Positions 25,401 through 26,601 of a stretch of 26,601 nt of DNA are shown piece after piece. Every line of letters starts with the position of its first letter. The stretch's first letter is position 1. Under the pieces are notes generated by a model, which searched no databases, was not told where the DNA came from, and saw nothing but the letters and a program-made list of their open reading frames with translations. The position numbers and the translations under genes were made by a program. The stretch comes from a virus (lineage: Duplodnaviria; Caudoviricetes): positions 1 to 26,601 of the IMG/VR virus record IMGVR_UViG_3300037308_000195; one strand, written 5' to 3'.

Positions 25401-26601
25401 ATCTGCAACCCCCCAGGCACCAGCCCCCGCACCTGAAACCGCCCAAGGCGCTGCGACGCCTGCGGGGGTTGCGCCCACTCGCGCCCAGTTCGAGGGCTTC
25501 GATCGCGTGGAGGTGAAGACCGACGCCGGCTGGAAGCAGGGCGTGGTGAAGATGGCCGGCTCGCAAGAGGTGACGGTCAGGCTTGATGACGGCAACGACG
25601 TGACTGTTCCCGAATCAAGCGTGGTGCCGGTTGCAACTGCACCAACCCCGGAAGCTGCCCCGGTCAGCGCAGCACCACCAGGAGAGACCAATGCTCAAGA
25701 AATCGGCATCCAAAAAGGCGTTCTCGGAGAACGTCTCGGCGGAAATGCACGCCGGCAAGCCGCAGAAGCAGGCGGTGGCAATCGCCTACTCGCAGCAGCG
25801 CGCGGCTCAGAAGTCGCAGGGCAAGTCGGCATCCCATCCACAGAAGGCGGCGCCGCGCAAGTCGGCGGGCCGGGGGCGGTAGGGGCGGGACAAGCCGCCA
25901 CGCCCACCAAGAACCTGCGCACAGTCATTCAACAGAGGAACGCGGGCAAACAAGCGAACGAAACCCCCGCTCAACCCATTCCAGGAGCCGTTTCCGGCGC
26001 TGACGTTAATATGGCGGCCCAAAATGCCGCGATCCACACCGACCCAGGCAAGCCTGCAGAGCCCGTGACGCCCGCTGTGGTGACGCGCGCAATCGCTAAG
26101 GCGGCAGACAACCGCGACCGCAAACCAAGCGCCATGAAGACGGACTTGCTGCGGATGGTTGACGAGGCCATTCCGCGCGCTACGCACGACGGCCGGAGAC
26201 AAGTTCCGCTAGGCGAAAAAGCCCGAGACGACCCGGCGCATTACATCCGCTTCAAGGTGCCAGGCGACGGTACGTTCACAGTCATGAACGCAAAAGACGC
26301 GCTGACAGAGTTTCGAGACAAGGTGGAAAAGTCACCTGGGTTCAGTGATCGCAAGACTCCGCGCCCTGTATCGCCGCGAGTCAAAGACATACCCAGCGGC
26401 AAGAAATACTCGACGCCAGACACAACGGCATTCGGCGTGCAAGGCGGCAGCAGCAGCGCTGAGTCCGCCACCCGCAACATGATCGACGACGGCGACCCCC
26501 AGGCCGCCGTGGACTACGCTGCCGCCCGTGGCCTCGTAATCGCGGACGTGCTGAAGGGCGACAAGGTGCGGCTGCCGAAGGTGGCCGGGCTGACCCCGAC
26601 T
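22438..26601 (+). CDS. Giant putative ejection/polyvalent (DarB-type locus) protein, 3'-truncated, >=1388 aa; absent from ORF track
   Basis: I translated frame 1 by hand from ATG 22438 (GAGG at 22428-22431) to base 26601 and found no stop. It starts MANAFDEFDAPSQGGNAFDEFD, has a Gly/Ala-rich membrane-like region with EGGLEEAPQSAMEQALQNVALG, then Pro/Ala linkers separating small globular islands. No helicase or methylase motif is seen inside the window. Confidence 0.88.
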   Translation, partial: MANAFDEFDAPSQGGNAFDEFDIGAPPRQKTSGIGRLAQDTAVTALKGAVQVPRMAVGIADIPTGGRVGKFLENEGGAVGFRPKQALEYLDTLYSPETQAAKQEVSQAQGFVDTAKALVRNPSVIATGIGESLAPMFAGGVLGRGAQMLAPRLIGPAGAAAIGEGAIMAGGAASDIREQSPGGYLTPTQSGLAAATGLLGGAIGRAGGAVANRFGIGDIDVAAARAMGAQPITQAVTAPPKNILRRGIEGAVIEGGLEEAPQSAMEQALQNVALGKPVAEGVPESTAQGLLLGAPMGFVGGMLPSRQQQAPPPPPQKPPAPTAAGPSIDSTPAPAELPQPAAQAAQPPVRLPETGPLSKTLNAGIDSGAVPPPVLEPRADALDPALREQMAMDAARKRQRADEMVMRQEVEPQQTEGQQAVEPVQPAPAADILDGDRPFKTIIAARKARKAREDAESLTPVKVDGGYVLRRPEGGPPDAAAIDTRDAGLPFADSRGSDLARPESAGEPEQLLQPASTVDRQGAPSEGTVAVRRDERDQALSLDQLKQRATDVGIDPYRIMDEVDAFSEDYEAQAARALTAAIEATQPAAQRRETPPAAAGREAPAVRLDPDQPVEVDQAQQQAQQETQDARPPQPAATPVQPLSASQADVAPARGANTPAARPDEPRPAAGADRPLDAAPQAPVPVEPVAREDRREPPSVPADQAARPGVEPVAAQPAQAAESEPDWMQALFGTPAEAPAPARAEPNAAPPAPILESGGATVSQAGVPSEPESVGAAPDPAKQWGSMTLRQRIATVAKAGQAVLPRQTWNSIPEQARQAISAAMPTPQAAPPATTAAPPVSAGGESVLSSAPSETGGAAPVPKLRDKIAERKAAAGERTAAPRQGKIGDKLASGEVVLTASGRATTPFPKVLVGSNRATTNTVRSADRWLLDNAAAEAKARGDDFNLRTFHADSQSKSIPQASKDAAEEYLFGQQPSVVPSILKPLSLSATPQAPAPAPETAQGAATPAGVAPTRAQFEGFDRVEVKTDAGWKQGVVKMAGSQEVTVRLDDGNDVTVPESSVVPVATAPTPEAAPVSAAPPGETNAQEIGIQKGVLGERLGGNARRQAAEAGGGNRLLAAARGSEVAGQVGIPSTEGGAAQVGGPGAVGAGQAATPTKNLRTVIQQRNAGKQANETPAQPIPGAVSGADVNMAAQNAAIHTDPGKPAEPVTPAVVTRAIAKAADNRDRKPSAMKTDLLRMVDEAIPRATHDGRRQVPLGEKARDDPAHYIRFKVPGDGTFTVMNAKDALTEFRDKVEKSPGFSDRKTPRPVSPRVKDIPSGKKYSTPDTTAFGVQGGSSSAESATRNMIDDGDPQAAVDYAAARGLVIADVLKGDKVRLPKVAGLTPT
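22444..22503 (+). repeat. Exact 21-nt direct repeat AACGCTTTCGACGAGTTCGAC (NAFDEFD x2)
   Basis: Copies at 22444-22464 and 22483-22503. Confidence 0.95.
23870..24058 (+). CDS. Nested +1-frame gene A, 62 aa (MLLPSIQEMLDYRLLTVEEA...SATKH)
   Basis: AAGGAGG at 23855-23861, 8 nt before ATG. Host-frame codons become about 60% A/T-ending over this interval. Confidence 0.7.
   Translation: MLLPSIQEMLDYRLLTVEEATLLDLRVRASPSSFFSLPQPLIDKVLQAKELLRFDETSATKH
24323..24568 (+). CDS. Nested +1-frame gene B, 81 aa, with CxxC (MQDRRNLPQPPCSPCQRARQML...)
   Basis: AGGAG at 24311-24315, 7 nt before ATG. Host-frame codons about half A/T-ending over this interval. Confidence 0.55.
   Translation: MQDRRNLPQPPCSPCQRARQMLRRLGVPIPLLPDQTSPGPPPELTDPSTPHLKRQFLWNLWRGRIDVNHPQFQPTKPPDQA
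25691..25882 (+). CDS. Nested +1-frame gene C, 63-aa basic protein (MLKKSASKKAFSENVSAEMHAGKPQKQAVAIAYS...)
   Basis: AGGAG at 25680-25684, 6 nt before ATG. Matches the small phage protein pattern M(P)LKK..S.K....N...E..AGKP.KQAVAIA.S that I recognise from stand-alone phage genes. Confidence 0.8.
   Translation: MLKKSASKKAFSENVSAEMHAGKPQKQAVAIAYSQQRAAQKSQGKSASHPQKAAPRKSAGRGR

Larger units (their letters stand above)
1..26601 (+). mobile_element. Tailed phage/prophage structural (packaging-head-tail-ejection) module, podovirus-like
   Basis: Contiguous co-directional TerS, TerL, portal, scaffold, MCP, adaptor, nozzle-like and ejection-like genes with overlapping or near-adjacent stop/start codons. 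No tail tube, sheath or classical tape-measure/chaperone cassette recognised. Free phage versus prophage cannot be decided from this window. Confidence 0.93.

Noticed and set aside
24575-25516. Additional alternative-frame ORFs inside the giant gene (24575, 24786, 24968)
   Set aside because: No convincing SD/start pair and no protein-like pattern; 24968-25516 overlaps a clearly globular host-frame domain.
23828-25882. Giant gene being several genes broken by frameshifts
   Set aside because: Frame 1 has no stop from 22438 to 26601 and resumes protein-like sequence after each nested ORF, so nesting fits better than frameshifting.

Overview
The whole window is one co-oriented (+ strand), GC-rich virion-morphogenesis operon of a podovirus-type phage or prophage. 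Gene order: a 5'-truncated 20-aa-repeat 'rope'-like protein, a small fibre 'bead'-like protein, a free-standing HNH endonuclease, an Ig-like anchor, TerS, TerL, portal, scaffold, N4-gp56/DUF4043-type major capsid protein, a decoration protein, adaptor, nozzle-like protein, a second bead/rope pair, a W/Y/C-rich protein, a 1449-aa double-repeat rod protein, and two putative ejection proteins. The window ends in a giant ORF that the ORF track missed because it has no stop: 22438 to the window end, at least 1388 codons, a probable giant ejection/polyvalent protein. Main observations: (1) three small genes, each with its own Shine-Dalgarno, are nested in the +1 frame inside linkers of the giant ORF, and the host-frame codon bias drops over them; (2) the 1449-aa protein has six 55-aa Pro-rich repeats and six 103-aa helical repeats whose predicted lengths roughly match (about 15-17 nm each), suggesting a fold-back modular rod; (3) two distinct bead-on-rope fibre modules; (4) a densely structured leader upstream of the capsid gene. 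All family assignments come from motif recognition by eye, with no database search. I saw no integrase, tRNA, CRISPR array, RT or lysis gene.
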